Below, in pieces: positions 1 to 9,465 of a DNA stretch of 32,000 bases. The notes under the pieces are model-generated. The model was not told the origin of the DNA. It worked only from the letters and a program-made list of their open reading frames with translations, and ran no database searches. The DNA is from Candidatus Woesearchaeota archaeon (GTDB lineage: Archaea > Nanobdellota > Nanobdellia > Woesearchaeales > UBA11576): positions 72,456 to 104,455 of the forward strand of contig JABGYH010000001.1 of assembly GCA_018675335.1 (NCBI GenBank). The letters are read 5' to 3'. The stretch's first letter is position 1; each line of letters starts with the position of its first letter. The position numbers and the translations under genes are program-made.

Positions 1-1296
1 TTCTTCGCAGTAATTTACTTTAACTAACTTACGTGCATTAATACAACTCACAAAGGAATCCCAATCATTAGCTTCAACTTGACTCTCTGTTAAATGTTCC
101 ATTGCTTTTTTATACATAGAGTCATGAATCATATCAAGTTCTTGTGCTACAACTTCTTTTAAGTCTTTGATTTTTATAAATTGTTTTTCAGAGTTATCTC
201 GTCTAACCAAAACTACTTGTTCTTCTGCTAAATCGCGAGGTCCAATCTCAATTCTAATAGGAACTCCTTTCAATTCCCATTCATGATATTTTGCGCCAGG
301 TGTAGCTTCTTCTCGATCATCAAGAACAGGTCTAAATTCTTTTAGTTGCGAATAGATTTCTTCTGCTTTTTGAATAACTTGATCTCGAGTTTTTTCAAAT
401 ATTATTGGAATTATAACAACTTGATTTCTTGCAATTCTTGGAGGTAGTACAAGTCCTTTGTCATCTCCATGCATCATAACTGCAGTTCCGATAAGTCTTG
501 TTGAAATTCCCCAACTACTATGAAACGGAGTATGTTTTTCTCCATCCTGACCTAAAAAACTCACATCAAATGCTTTCATAAATCCTTGTCCTAGATTATG
601 CGATGTTCCTGCTTGTATTGCTTTCCCATCAGGCAAAAATGCTTCTATACTAAATGTTGCTTTAGCACCTGCAAATTTTTCTTTTTCGGTTTTTCTTCCA
701 CACATAACAGGTAACGCAAGTAAGTCTTTGCAAAGTTTATCATACTCTTCAAGCATCATTAAAACTTCTCTATCACATTCATCTTCGGTTGCATAAACAC
801 AGTGTCCTTCTTGCCATAAAAATTCACGAGATCGCAAAAATAGCTTAGTAGCTTTAGTCTCCCATCTTACAACATTGCACCATTGATTAATTCGAAGAGG
901 TAAATCTCTCCAGCTTCTAACCCATTTAGAAAATGAATCACACATAATTGCTTCTGATGTTGGTCGCAAAGCTAACCTATCACATCCTTCATCTCTATTT
1001 GCCACCCATGCAAGCTCAGGAGTAAATCCATCAAAATGGGCTGCTTCTTTTTGGAAAAATGATTCGGGAATAAACATAGGAAAATAAGTGTTATCAACGC
1101 CTAATTCCTTTATTCTTTTGTCAAATTTTTGTTGAATACATTCCCAAATAAAATAGCCTAATGGTCTAATTACATAACATCCTTTTGCAGGAGCATGTTC
1201 TGCCAGTTCACTTTTTTGTACCACTTGACTATACCATTCAGGCATATTCTCTGATTTTTTTACAGTAAGTCCAATTTCTTTTTTTTCTTCTTTCAT
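1..1296 (-). CDS. proS: Prolyl-tRNA synthetase, archaeal/eukaryotic type (partial; C-terminus lies beyond the window start)
   Basis: It is absent from the ORF track because it runs off the window edge. Reverse-strand translation from the ATG (complement of 1296-1294) gives MKEEKKEIGLTVKKSENMPEWYSQVVQKSELAEHAPAKGCYVIRPLGYFIWE...LRPTSE...FLRSREFLWQEGH...QAGTSHNLGQGF...HGDDKGLVLPP. These are class II aaRS motifs in the N-terminal layout typical of archaeal-type ProRS. The frame is open for 432 codons down to position 1. Confidence 0.9.
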   Translation of the reverse strand, partial: MKEEKKEIGLTVKKSENMPEWYSQVVQKSELAEHAPAKGCYVIRPLGYFIWECIQQKFDKRIKELGVDNTYFPMFIPESFFQKEAAHFDGFTPELAWVANRDEGCDRLALRPTSEAIMCDSFSKWVRSWRDLPLRINQWCNVVRWETKATKLFLRSREFLWQEGHCVYATEDECDREVLMMLEEYDKLCKDLLALPVMCGRKTEKEKFAGAKATFSIEAFLPDGKAIQAGTSHNLGQGFMKAFDVSFLGQDGEKHTPFHSSWGISTRLIGTAVMMHGDDKGLVLPPRIARNQVVIIPIIFEKTRDQVIQKAEEIYSQLKEFRPVLDDREEATPGAKYHEWELKGVPIRIEIGPRDLAEEQVVLVRRDNSEKQFIKIKDLKEVVAQELDMIHDSMYKKAMEHLTESQVEANDWDSFVSCINARKLVKVNYCEE

Positions 1297-1705
1297 TTTT
1301 ATGTCCGCCTTGTATTAATGTCTGCATTGTAAAATTAAGCATTTATTTTAATTGAATATAAACCGCTTTTAAGCTTATTTTACACTTATTTAACTTTACT
1401 TATAAATATTTTTGTGCTTTAGTAAAAATTTATCCTCAAATATAAATTTATAATTGAACACAATCAGTTAATTCTGGGCACAATCGAATACAAAAACAAA
1501 CGATAATAGAAATCTAAATAGTAAACAACTCCAAATTTAAAATTATAAAAACAAGTAGAACTAATTAAATCAAATCCTAAAACAAGGAATACAACCACCT
1601 ACACTCTTGGTTTTTATCATACTGCATATTACGCACCCATCATTTATAAACGTTACTAAAATCAAACTTCAGCCAAATCCCAAAAATAAACATCAAAAAT
1701 AAACA

Positions 1706-1713
1706 TTTATATA
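1706..1713 (+). promoter_or_regulatory. Candidate archaeal TATA box (TTTATATA) for the PfkB kinase gene
   Basis: TTTATATA starts 39 nt upstream of the ATG at 1745. The same box-to-ATG spacing (30-39 nt) recurs at several other genes in the window. Confidence 0.4.
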
Positions 1714-1744
1714 AACTAAAATTTGACACAAAAATGAAGTAACT

Positions 1745-2740
1745 ATGACAGAAAAAACTATTGATGTTATTGGAATTGGAAATCCATTATTAGATTTAAC
1801 AATTAACACAAACGATAATTTACTAGAAACACTAAATCTTCCAAAAGGTGGAATGCATTTAGTAGATTCTCAAAAAAGTAATTCAATTCTAAATTCAATT
1901 CAAACTCTTAATCCGGAAACATCTGCAGGAGGCAGTACTGCAAATACGCTTTCAGGAGTTTGTAATTTCGGCGGCTCAAGTATCCTTATTGGAAAAATTG
2001 GAACTGATTCAAACGGAGAAATTTATGAACAAATAACAATCAAACATAAAACAGAATCAAGATTATCAAAACACAGTTCAATACCTACAGGAACTGCAAT
2101 TACATTCATAACTCCAGATAAAGAAAGAACTTTTGCAACTCATTTAGGTGCAGCACTTAAATTAACAAAAGAAGATATTTTTGAACCTGATATTCAAAAA
2201 AGTAAAATTCTACATATTGAAGGATTTCAATTAGAAGATAGTAGTTTAAAAGAAACTTCAATTCATGCGATGGAATTTGCAAAAAAACATAATACTTTAA
2301 TTTCAATTGATTTAGCGGACGCAGGACTTATCAAAAGAAATTTAGAAGATCTAAAAAACTTAACAAAAAAATATGCAAATATTATTTTCGCTAATGAAAC
2401 CGAAGCACAAGCATTTACAAACAAATCAGATGAACAAGAATCATTAATCGCACTTTCAGAATTTTGTGATATTGCAATTGTTAAAATTGGAAAAAACGGT
2501 AGTTTAATTAAAACAAAAGAATCACCAGAAATTATCATAATTCCCCCTCATAAAACTCAAATAATCAATACTAATGGCGCAGGAGATATGTTTGCAGGAG
2601 GATTTTTATTTTCAATCGCAAAAAATATATCCCCTCAAGTTGCAGGAAATATTGCAAGTTTTGCCGCAGCTCAAGTGGTCGCATCCCCTAGTGCCAGGTT
2701 AAATAGAAATCTACAAGAAGAAATTAAACAATTCTATTAA
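1745..2740 (+). CDS. PfkB-family carbohydrate/nucleoside kinase (adenosine-kinase-like)
   Basis: N-terminal GIGNPLLDL resembles the adenosine kinase G-x-GNPLLD motif. C-terminal NTNGAGDMFAGGFL is the PfkB signature-2/GAGD anion hole. Length is 331 aa. Confidence 0.8.
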   Translation: MTEKTIDVIGIGNPLLDLTINTNDNLLETLNLPKGGMHLVDSQKSNSILNSIQTLNPETSAGGSTANTLSGVCNFGGSSILIGKIGTDSNGEIYEQITIKHKTESRLSKHSSIPTGTAITFITPDKERTFATHLGAALKLTKEDIFEPDIQKSKILHIEGFQLEDSSLKETSIHAMEFAKKHNTLISIDLADAGLIKRNLEDLKNLTKKYANIIFANETEAQAFTNKSDEQESLIALSEFCDIAIVKIGKNGSLIKTKESPEIIIIPPHKTQIINTNGAGDMFAGGFLFSIAKNISPQVAGNIASFAAAQVVASPSARLNRNLQEEIKQFY

Positions 2741-2790
2741 TTACTAATTGATTTTTATGTCTCATTCATATCTTTTTTAGAATAATGATG

Positions 2791-2798
2791 TTTATATA
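2791..2798 (+). promoter_or_regulatory. Candidate TATA box (TTTATATA) for the ABC transporter operon
   Basis: TTTATATA starts 33 nt upstream of the ATG at 2824. Confidence 0.4.
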
Positions 2799-2823
2799 GT
2801 TCTAATAATTCATATTTAAATAA

Positions 2824-3834
2824 ATGAGCAAAACCAGACGTAAAACCTCAAATAAACCTAGAAAAAAAGACATTTTAATAGATAAACTAAAATCATTATT
2901 TAATCCTAAAATAAAAAAAATTCCATTAAGTGCAAAAAAAATAGAATTTGGCTATTCAGGTAAAAAGGTTTTACAAAATCTTAATCTTGATGTTAAAACA
3001 AGTCAAATTATGGCAATTGTTGGAAAATCAGGAAGTGGCAAATCTACTTTTTTAAATTTAATTTCAGGAGCACTAACTTCTAATTATTCTGGAAAAATAA
3101 AAATTATGAATAAGACTAGACTTTTTTCTAAAGAAGATATTGGATTTGTTCCTCAAGATATTGCATTTATTCCAGACATGTCAATTAAAGAAAATATTGT
3201 ATTTTTTGGATCAATCAATGGATTAAATAAGAAAATTGCAATAGCTGCAGGGAAAAAATTAATGGAAACATTAAAACTTGATCTGGGATTAGATCGCCTT
3301 CCTTCAGAAATTTCAGGAGGTCAAAAAGTTCGATTAAATATTCTTTTATCTTTACTTCATGACCCGAATGTTATAATTCTTGATGAACCATTTGTTGGAC
3401 TTGATTATTATAATCGTAAAATGTTATGGCATTTTTTAGAAGCTCAAAAGAATTTGAGAAAAACAATCATTTTAACAACTCACATGTTAGTTGAAGCAGA
3501 ACACAATTCGGATAAAATTGTCTTACTTAAAGATGGAAAAGTTTTTGCTAAAGGAAAATTTAATGATATTCTTAAAAAATTAAAAACTAAATTTATTGTT
3601 GAAGTAAAAATAGAACAAATAAATAAGAAAAATTTTGAACTACTTAACAAATATTGTTATAATCATACAATTTCAATTCTTGATCATTACAAAAACTATT
3701 TTATGTTTTCTGTAAAAAATGCAGGACAAAGAAATTATTTATTCAAGTTTCTAGAAAAAATAAATACTGGATATGAAGAACTTTCTTTTAGAGAACCCAA
3801 TTTAGATGAACTATTTCTTAAGGTGGGAAAATGA
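2824..3834 (+). CDS. ABC transporter ATP-binding protein (ABC-2 / drug-exporter type)
   Basis: Walker A GKSGSGKST, ABC signature SGGQK, Walker B IIILDEP and the H-loop TTH are all present. There is a C-terminal extension as in ABC-2 ATPases. Confidence 0.9.
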   Translation: MSKTRRKTSNKPRKKDILIDKLKSLFNPKIKKIPLSAKKIEFGYSGKKVLQNLNLDVKTSQIMAIVGKSGSGKSTFLNLISGALTSNYSGKIKIMNKTRLFSKEDIGFVPQDIAFIPDMSIKENIVFFGSINGLNKKIAIAAGKKLMETLKLDLGLDRLPSEISGGQKVRLNILLSLLHDPNVIILDEPFVGLDYYNRKMLWHFLEAQKNLRKTIILTTHMLVEAEHNSDKIVLLKDGKVFAKGKFNDILKKLKTKFIVEVKIEQINKKNFELLNKYCYNHTISILDHYKNYFMFSVKNAGQRNYLFKFLEKINTGYEELSFREPNLDELFLKVGK

Positions 3835-5105
3835 GTTTAGAAACAATTAAACAAATTACAAAAAAATTGTGGATCATTCCCTTAAGCATTTATGGGTTTT
3901 TACAAAAAGAATTTATTTTAATAACTAGAAAGAAGAAATATTTGTATTTATCTTTATTATTCCCTCTATTACTAGGATTAATATATGTTTTTTCTCTCAC
4001 TGCATCAACTCAAGGAGTAAATGTTTTTGTTTGTGATTTTGACAATACAACCACTACTCAAGAAGCGTTTTCAAACATTGACGGATTCAACATTAATTAT
4101 CATACTCAAAAAGATTGTGAAACTACAATGATTGAATCAGTAAGATCAAGAGATAATCTCTTTGGCCTAATAATTAATCAAGGATTTACAAATAATATTG
4201 AAACTCTAAAACAAGGAAATATTATTATTTATTATGATAATTCAGATCCCGCAATATCAAGTATCGCATCTTGGAAAGTTGACGTTGCACTTAATCCATT
4301 CAAAAAACAAATTTCAACAAAATTTTCTACAAATCTTAAATCAGAAGCAAAACTTGCTAAAGATAATGTTGATTTAGTTATTGAATATTTTGACTTCATC
4401 ACTCCAAAAACTCAAGTACATGATAAAATTTATTCAGTTCAAGATAGTTTATATAAAATTAGCAATTTAGATTCTGAATTTGTATCAAGCCCAATTATTA
4501 CAACACCTAAAGGAATTTATAATAAACTAAACATAATTGATATTGGTTTAGCACCATTGTTTGCAGTACTTTGTATGTTTTTAATCTTAATGTTATGTTC
4601 AACAGGAGTCATGTATGATAGAAAGTCTTTATTGTTTTCTCGAATTAGAGTAAGTAACAGCATAATGATTAGTTATGTAATATCTAAACTTATTTTCTTT
4701 TTAGCAATCACAATCATTCAATTTTTAATTTTATACTTTGTTTTTTTACTATTTGGAGCAAATTTTACAATATCGTCAGGATTATTACTCAAAGCATTAT
4801 TGTTCATTGCACTTACTAATACTTTGATGGGATTTATCATCGGACTAATCAGCGATAGTGAAGGAGTTGCAGTATTAATTTCTTTAATAATTTCCTTACC
4901 TTTAATGTTTTTATCCGGCATGTTTTTCCCTTTTGAACTTATGCCTAAATTTATTCAGTTATTTGCGAAAATAATGCCTCTTAATTTAGAAATATTATTT
5001 ATGAAAAAAGCATTACTGTTTGGAGGAATAATTAACATAAATTATTTTGCAATACCTTTAATTCTCTTCATCGTATGTCTTTTCCTAATTGAAAAAAAGA
5101 AATAA
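3831..5105 (+). CDS. ABC-2 type transporter permease
   Basis: Its start overlaps the upstream stop (ATGA at 3831-3834), with AAGGTGGG just upstream. It has an N-terminal TM helix, a large ~190-aa extracytoplasmic loop and then five or more TM helices, which is the ABC-2 permease topology. Confidence 0.8.
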   Translation: MSLETIKQITKKLWIIPLSIYGFLQKEFILITRKKKYLYLSLLFPLLLGLIYVFSLTASTQGVNVFVCDFDNTTTTQEAFSNIDGFNINYHTQKDCETTMIESVRSRDNLFGLIINQGFTNNIETLKQGNIIIYYDNSDPAISSIASWKVDVALNPFKKQISTKFSTNLKSEAKLAKDNVDLVIEYFDFITPKTQVHDKIYSVQDSLYKISNLDSEFVSSPIITTPKGIYNKLNIIDIGLAPLFAVLCMFLILMLCSTGVMYDRKSLLFSRIRVSNSIMISYVISKLIFFLAITIIQFLILYFVFLLFGANFTISSGLLLKALLFIALTNTLMGFIIGLISDSEGVAVLISLIISLPLMFLSGMFFPFELMPKFIQLFAKIMPLNLEILFMKKALLFGGIININYFAIPLILFIVCLFLIEKKK

Positions 5106-5287
5106 TACATTAACATAAATACCTTCAAATCACAAAAATTTAAATATATTTAATAATATGAAGCAGATATGCAATCCAATAATCCATTAAGTTCAAAAAA
5201 TCAAGAACCTAATTCTAGTCAGTCAAAAAAAGAAAATGAAGAAAGAGTTAATATTAAGATATAATTTATTTTTATGAGGAAAATAAA

Positions 5288-5626
5288 ATGGAAAACAAAT
5301 GGAAAGATGTAAAAGAAATGATTGATTATTCTAAAGGAGGAATAATAAGTAAAGTAGTTGAAAAAAATGATATTGGAGATGTTACTCTTTTTAATATGTC
5401 AAAAGAAACTGAAATTGGAGAACATACATCTACAAAAGCAGGTTATGTCTATGTTGTTGAAGGAGCCGGAATATTCACTCTTGAAGGTGAAGAAATTCAT
5501 ATGAAACCAGGAGTATTAATATTTATGAAAGCAAATGCTAAACATTCGTTAAGCGCAAAAGAAAATACTACTTTTATTTTAATATTAAATAACGTTGTAG
5601 ATTTAGGTAAAAGCACATTAATTTAA
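5288..5626 (+). CDS. Cupin domain protein
   Basis: 112 aa. It carries a cupin-like two-motif core: GEHTSTKAGYVYVVEGAG, then MKPGVLIFMKANAKHSLSA. A GAGGA Shine-Dalgarno-like element lies upstream. Confidence 0.7.
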   Translation: MENKWKDVKEMIDYSKGGIISKVVEKNDIGDVTLFNMSKETEIGEHTSTKAGYVYVVEGAGIFTLEGEEIHMKPGVLIFMKANAKHSLSAKENTTFILILNNVVDLGKSTLI

Positions 5627-5713
5627 CTCGTGACAAAGGTTAAAATAAAAATAATAGCCACAATAACCCAACAATAATTGCCCCAGTAAATTAATGAAAT
5701 GAGAGTATAAAGA

Positions 5714-6688
5714 ATGAAAATCCAAATTGAAGAAATAAAATCATTGTGCATACAAGTATTGAATAAACTTGGATATAACCAAGAAGATGCTGAAACTATA
5801 ATTGCAGAATATATGTATGGTGAATTATCGGGGAAAAAGTCTCACGGACTTAGTGCATTTCCAGGAATTGTGAAAAAAACTAATAAAAATATTCTTAAAT
5901 GGGAAATTGAAAAAGAAGACGCAAGTTATGCACTAATAAATGGAAATGGAAATATAGGACAATTAGTTGGTAAATTTGCAATGGAACTTGCAATAAAAAA
6001 AGCATCAAAAACAGGTATCGCAATTATCGGCATACACCATATGCAATCATATTTGATGCCTGGATATTATTCTAAACTTGCTTCTGATAATAACATGATT
6101 GGAATTGTAGTAGACAATGCAAAATCAAGAGTTGCACCCCACGGAGGAATCGAACCAAAATTAGGAACTAATCCCCTAGGGCTTGGTATCCCCACAGGAA
6201 ATATAAACTATAATCTTGATATGGCAACCTCTGTTAGAGCTATGGGCGAAGTAAGACTTGCAAAAAAACTTGGCAAAGAAGTTCCTAAAGGAATGGCAAT
6301 GGATAAAAATGGAAATCCCACAAGAAATCCTGATGAAGTTAATTCTTTAAACTCATTTGGAACTTACAAAGGATATGCATTAAACCTTGCAATTGAAATG
6401 TTAGCAGGTTCACTCGTACGAGCAAAAATGGGAAGTAAAATTCAAAACAGTCTCGATAGAGGTTTTCTATTCATAGTCATCAATCCACAAATATTTGTCG
6501 GATTAAACACATTTAAGAAAGAAACAGGAGAATTATTGAATGAAATAAAACATTCAAAAACCCAAAAAAATGTTGAGGAAATATTTATCCCAAACGAACA
6601 TGCAGAATCAAATATAACTGCACACACCCAAAGCGGCGAAATAGAAATTGAAAAAAAGATTTTTGAAGACATTAAAAAATTATTATAA
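5714..6688 (+). CDS. Ldh_2 family oxidoreductase (type-2 malate/L-lactate/L-sulfolactate dehydrogenase family)
   Basis: 324 aa. Family-typical blocks are KKSHGLS, GIHHMQSY, LGTNPLGLGIP and AMGEVRLA. The substrate cannot be assigned from sequence alone. Confidence 0.75.
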   Translation: MKIQIEEIKSLCIQVLNKLGYNQEDAETIIAEYMYGELSGKKSHGLSAFPGIVKKTNKNILKWEIEKEDASYALINGNGNIGQLVGKFAMELAIKKASKTGIAIIGIHHMQSYLMPGYYSKLASDNNMIGIVVDNAKSRVAPHGGIEPKLGTNPLGLGIPTGNINYNLDMATSVRAMGEVRLAKKLGKEVPKGMAMDKNGNPTRNPDEVNSLNSFGTYKGYALNLAIEMLAGSLVRAKMGSKIQNSLDRGFLFIVINPQIFVGLNTFKKETGELLNEIKHSKTQKNVEEIFIPNEHAESNITAHTQSGEIEIEKKIFEDIKKLL

Positions 6689-6793
6689 ATATTTAATACC
6701 CATTAAACCCCAATAGAAAAACTTTCAACAAAACTGAAAAATTTCCAAATTATCACTGCCAAAAATAATAAACCAATAAAATAAACAAAACAT

Positions 6794-8002
6794 ATGTTCA
6801 TCCAGATTTTCATCGCAATTTTTATTGGAGTTTTTCTTGGAATAATAACAGGCTTAATCCCTGGAATTCATGTTAATCTCATCAGCATTTTATTAATAAC
6901 TTTATCTCCAATTTTGTTATCTTATACAAATCCAATTGTGCTCTCAATCCTAATCATAGCGCTTTCAACAACTCATTCTTTTCTCGACGCAATTCCAAGT
7001 ATTTTTCTTGGAGCACCTGATGCAGATCAAGCATTAAATGTTTTACCTGGACACAAATTATTTCTCCAAGGAAAAGGAGTAGAAGCAGTTAAATTAACTG
7101 TTATTGGAAGTTTACTTTGCCTCATAACTTCAATTCTTTTAGTACCAATTTTTATCCCAATAGTAACTTATCTTCACCCTCTAATAAAAAATTACATTGG
7201 ATACTTACTTGCAATACTTATTTTATTTATGATTTTAAAAGATAAAACCCTTAAAAAAATTCTAAAAAATATTTTTATATTCACTCTCTCAGGAACTCTT
7301 GGATTAATTATTTTAACTAGTAATTTCAAAGATCCTCTTTTTCCCATGCTATCAGGATTATTTGGAACATCAACATTAATTATTAGTTTGACTGAAACAA
7401 ATAATATCCCAATTCAATCATTTAAAGAAACATTAGAAATAAAATATAAATCAATCATTCAAGCAATTTCTGGAGGAACGGTTGCAGGGTTTCTTACAAG
7501 TTTTTTTCCAGGAATGGGTCCTGCTCAAGGAGCAGTGCTAGCTTCTCAATTTACAAAAAATATTGGAGATTATGGTTTTATGATTTTAGTTGGAGGAATA
7601 AATACAGTAAATTTTGTTCTTTCTTTAATTACTTTTTTAATTCTTAACAAAGCAAGAAATGGAGCAGTAATTGCAGTATCTAATTTTTTACCAAAACTAA
7701 CAATTCAAATTTTAATACTCTTTTTAGCTTCAACTTTACTAATTGGAGGAATTGCAACAATTCTAACTCTTAAAATTTCAAAAATATTTGCAAAAATTAT
7801 TTCAAAAGTAAATTATCAAGATTTAGTAATTATAGTCATTACATTAATTACTTGTTTAGTCTTTGCACTAACTAGTTTTTCAGGATTAATTATTCTTATA
7901 ATTTCAACTTTTATTGGGATTCTCCCACCAAAACTAAATACGCCACGACATCATTCAATGGGGTGTCTTTTACTTCCGATAACGTTATTTCTGATATTAT
8001 AA
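6794..8002 (+). CDS. Polytopic membrane protein, TctA/DUF112-like permease
   Basis: 402 aa and almost entirely TM helices. Two internally similar halves carry Gly/Pro motifs (GLIPGIHVN near the N-terminus, FFPGMGPAQGAV mid-protein), as in TctA-type permeases. The family assignment is tentative. Confidence 0.5.
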   Translation: MFIQIFIAIFIGVFLGIITGLIPGIHVNLISILLITLSPILLSYTNPIVLSILIIALSTTHSFLDAIPSIFLGAPDADQALNVLPGHKLFLQGKGVEAVKLTVIGSLLCLITSILLVPIFIPIVTYLHPLIKNYIGYLLAILILFMILKDKTLKKILKNIFIFTLSGTLGLIILTSNFKDPLFPMLSGLFGTSTLIISLTETNNIPIQSFKETLEIKYKSIIQAISGGTVAGFLTSFFPGMGPAQGAVLASQFTKNIGDYGFMILVGGINTVNFVLSLITFLILNKARNGAVIAVSNFLPKLTIQILILFLASTLLIGGIATILTLKISKIFAKIISKVNYQDLVIIVITLITCLVFALTSFSGLIILIISTFIGILPPKLNTPRHHSMGCLLLPITLFLIL

Positions 8003-8078
8003 CACATCAACTTATTAAGTAAAGAATAATTTGATAAAATAGAATCTTAAATTCACAATACTCACGAGGTAAAAAAAA

Positions 8079-8240
8079 ATGGCAGCAACTCCAAAAAAAG
8101 CACAAAAAGTTAAACTTGATTATAATATTGACAAAAAAATTTATGATGACTTTGTAAGAAATAGCAGTAAAAAAGGTTATGCACCTAATGTTCTTGTGGA
8201 AAGACTCATTAAAAAATTTAACGAAACTGGACAATTATGA
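8079..8240 (+). CDS. Small basic protein, possible ribbon-helix-helix (CopG/Arc-like) DNA-binding protein
   Basis: It is below the size cutoff of the ORF track. Hand translation gives MAATPKKAQKVKLDYNIDKKIYDDFVRNSSKKGYAPNVLVERLIKKFNETGQL (53 aa). A GAGGT lies 9 nt upstream of the ATG. The strand/helix/helix pattern resembles RHH proteins. The 75-aa antisense ORF at 8007..8234 is low-complexity F/I/C-rich junk. Confidence 0.5.
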   Translation: MAATPKKAQKVKLDYNIDKKIYDDFVRNSSKKGYAPNVLVERLIKKFNETGQL

Positions 8241-8367
8241 ATAATAAACAGATATCCAACTCAAATGAGGACCTTTTTAAATCAAAATAAAAATATTCCC
8301 ATAATACACCATAAACAAGAGTAAAATGACTCAACACACCACAAATCAGCTTAAACCATTCGTAAGC

Positions 8368-8375
8368 TTTATAAA
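8368..8375 (+). promoter_or_regulatory. Candidate TATA box (TTTATAAA) for rpl35ae
   Basis: TTTATAAA starts 37 nt upstream of the ATG at 8405. Confidence 0.45.
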
Positions 8376-8404
8376 CTACCTCCAAATTCTAAGAACTGAT
8401 TAAT

Positions 8405-8662
8405 ATGGAAGGCACAATAAGCAATTTTAAAGGAAGTCACAAGACACAAGTTCATAATCAGATGATTATAGTAGTTCCTGAAGTGGATTCTAGAGACGAA
8501 GCAGCAAAACTTGTTGGAAAGTCAGTAGTATGGACCTCAGTTGCAGGAAAAGAACTTAAAGGCGAAGTAAGATCTGCTCACGGAAATAGTGGTGCAATAA
8601 GAGTTCTTTTTGAAACAGGAATGCCTGGACAATCAATTGGTCAAAAAGTTAAAATCAACTAA
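8405..8662 (+). CDS. rpl35ae: Ribosomal protein eL33 (L35Ae)
   Basis: 85 aa. The sequence ...HKTQVHNQMIIVVPEVDSRDEAAKLVGKSVVWTSVAGKELKGEVRSAHGNSGAIRVLFETGMPGQSIGQKVKI matches the archaeal L35Ae pattern (N-x-x-I-I, SREEA-x-KLIG, G-x-I-x-x-x-HG-x-x-G-x-VRA-x-F-x-x-G-LPGQA-x-G). Confidence 0.9.
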   Translation: MEGTISNFKGSHKTQVHNQMIIVVPEVDSRDEAAKLVGKSVVWTSVAGKELKGEVRSAHGNSGAIRVLFETGMPGQSIGQKVKIN

Positions 8663-8794
8663 ATTTTTAATTTTATTCTAAAATTTATTAACACACAACT
8701 TATATCAAATAAAAACTAAATTTATTTCTAAAAATAATTAAACTAAAAAAAATATCTTAAATTTTACAAATAAAATCTCCATTTCACAGAAACC

Positions 8795-8802
8795 TTTATA
8801 AA
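8795..8802 (+). promoter_or_regulatory. Candidate TATA box (TTTATAAA)
   Basis: TTTATAAA starts 31 nt upstream of the ATG at 8826. Confidence 0.45.
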
Positions 8803-8825
8803 TAAAAATTTGTTTAAACAATTGT

Positions 8826-9347
8826 ATGGGGCACATAATCAAAGAAGCAGAAGGTAGAATTTCAGTTATTCAATATGACGGAGTTTTTGATTATGATGGT
8901 TTAATTACTTTTCTTCATGGATGGTTTACAAAACGTAAATGGTTTTTTCATGAAAAGGTTGTTAAATACAAAAAAAGTGGCCTAGGCCATGAAATGGAAA
9001 GAGAATGGAATAATTGGCGCAAAGTTTCTGAATATTATAAATACCATGCAGGATTACAACTGCATTTATGGGATGCATTTCCAGTTGAAGTTGTTAAAAA
9101 TGGAAAAAAAAGAAAATTCTGGAGAGCTCGAATTGAATTAAGTTTAAGTTTTAAAGTTGAAGCAGATTATCAAGATAAATTTGGAACAAGCGAATTCATG
9201 AAAAAATTAAGAACGTTCATGCATGAATATATTATGAAAAAAGAAATTTTATCAGCTCATGCAGATCCACTTTACTATACTATGCTCGGATTACACAACG
9301 ATGTTAAACAATTTTTAGAAATGAGCGATACTCAAACAGTTTATTAA
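8826..9347 (+). CDS. Hypothetical protein (first of two tandem ~170-aa paralogs)
   Basis: 173-aa ORF with its own TATA-like box. It shares layout and motifs with the next gene (see findings). I recognise no family. Confidence 0.65.
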   Translation: MGHIIKEAEGRISVIQYDGVFDYDGLITFLHGWFTKRKWFFHEKVVKYKKSGLGHEMEREWNNWRKVSEYYKYHAGLQLHLWDAFPVEVVKNGKKRKFWRARIELSLSFKVEADYQDKFGTSEFMKKLRTFMHEYIMKKEILSAHADPLYYTMLGLHNDVKQFLEMSDTQTVY

Positions 9348-9432
9348 AAAAAATAAACAAAATAATAATCATTCAATGCAAAAAATCAAAAACACTAACA
9401 ACAAACACATAAATTAAACAAACTTAAAAAAA

Positions 9433-9440
9433 TTTATAAA
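9433..9440 (+). promoter_or_regulatory. Candidate TATA box (TTTATAAA)
   Basis: TTTATAAA starts 33 nt upstream of the ATG at 9466. Confidence 0.45.
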
Positions 9441-9465
9441 CAAACAAAACACATAAGAGGGTATC

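Noticed and set aside
1350-1361. The 12-mer AATTGAATATAA, identical to the left half plus spacer of the 14790-14808 palindrome, found in the long proS/kinase intergenic region.
   Set aside because: It is only a half-site with no inverted partner. A single 12-nt match is within chance expectation for DNA this AT-rich.
1297-1744. An unusually long (448-nt) intergenic region, scanned for ncRNA, C/D-box sRNA motifs or small ORFs.
   Set aside because: I found no RUGAUGA/CUGA box pairs, no GC-rich stems and no convincing ORF. It appears to be A-rich spacer containing the two divergent promoters.
2263-2538. This entry covers the short ORFs in the track that lie antisense to or nested inside longer genes. 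They are 2263-2538, 4718-4921, 6442-6672, 10195-10386, 12096-12296, 12485-12670, 12878-13123, 13034-13288, 13292-13489, 13818-14012, 14724-14948, 16152-16358, 17045-17239, 17282-17611, 17367-17561, 19788-20048, 20804-20995, 21314-21550, 27156-27350, 28388-28618, 30067-30255, 30432-30662 and 30894-31079.
   Set aside because: Each is embedded in a longer ORF with recognisable domains or coherent repeat structure. Their translations are low-complexity (F/I/L/C/Q-rich) with no motifs. They are the expected by-products of AT-rich or repetitive coding sequence.
5169-5264. A 31-codon ORF (MQSNNPLSSKNQEPNSSQSKKENEERVNIKI) in the gap between the ABC permease and the cupin gene.
   Set aside because: It is hydrophilic and low-complexity, with no Shine-Dalgarno or TATA box at suitable spacing. 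It is indistinguishable from chance in A-rich DNA.
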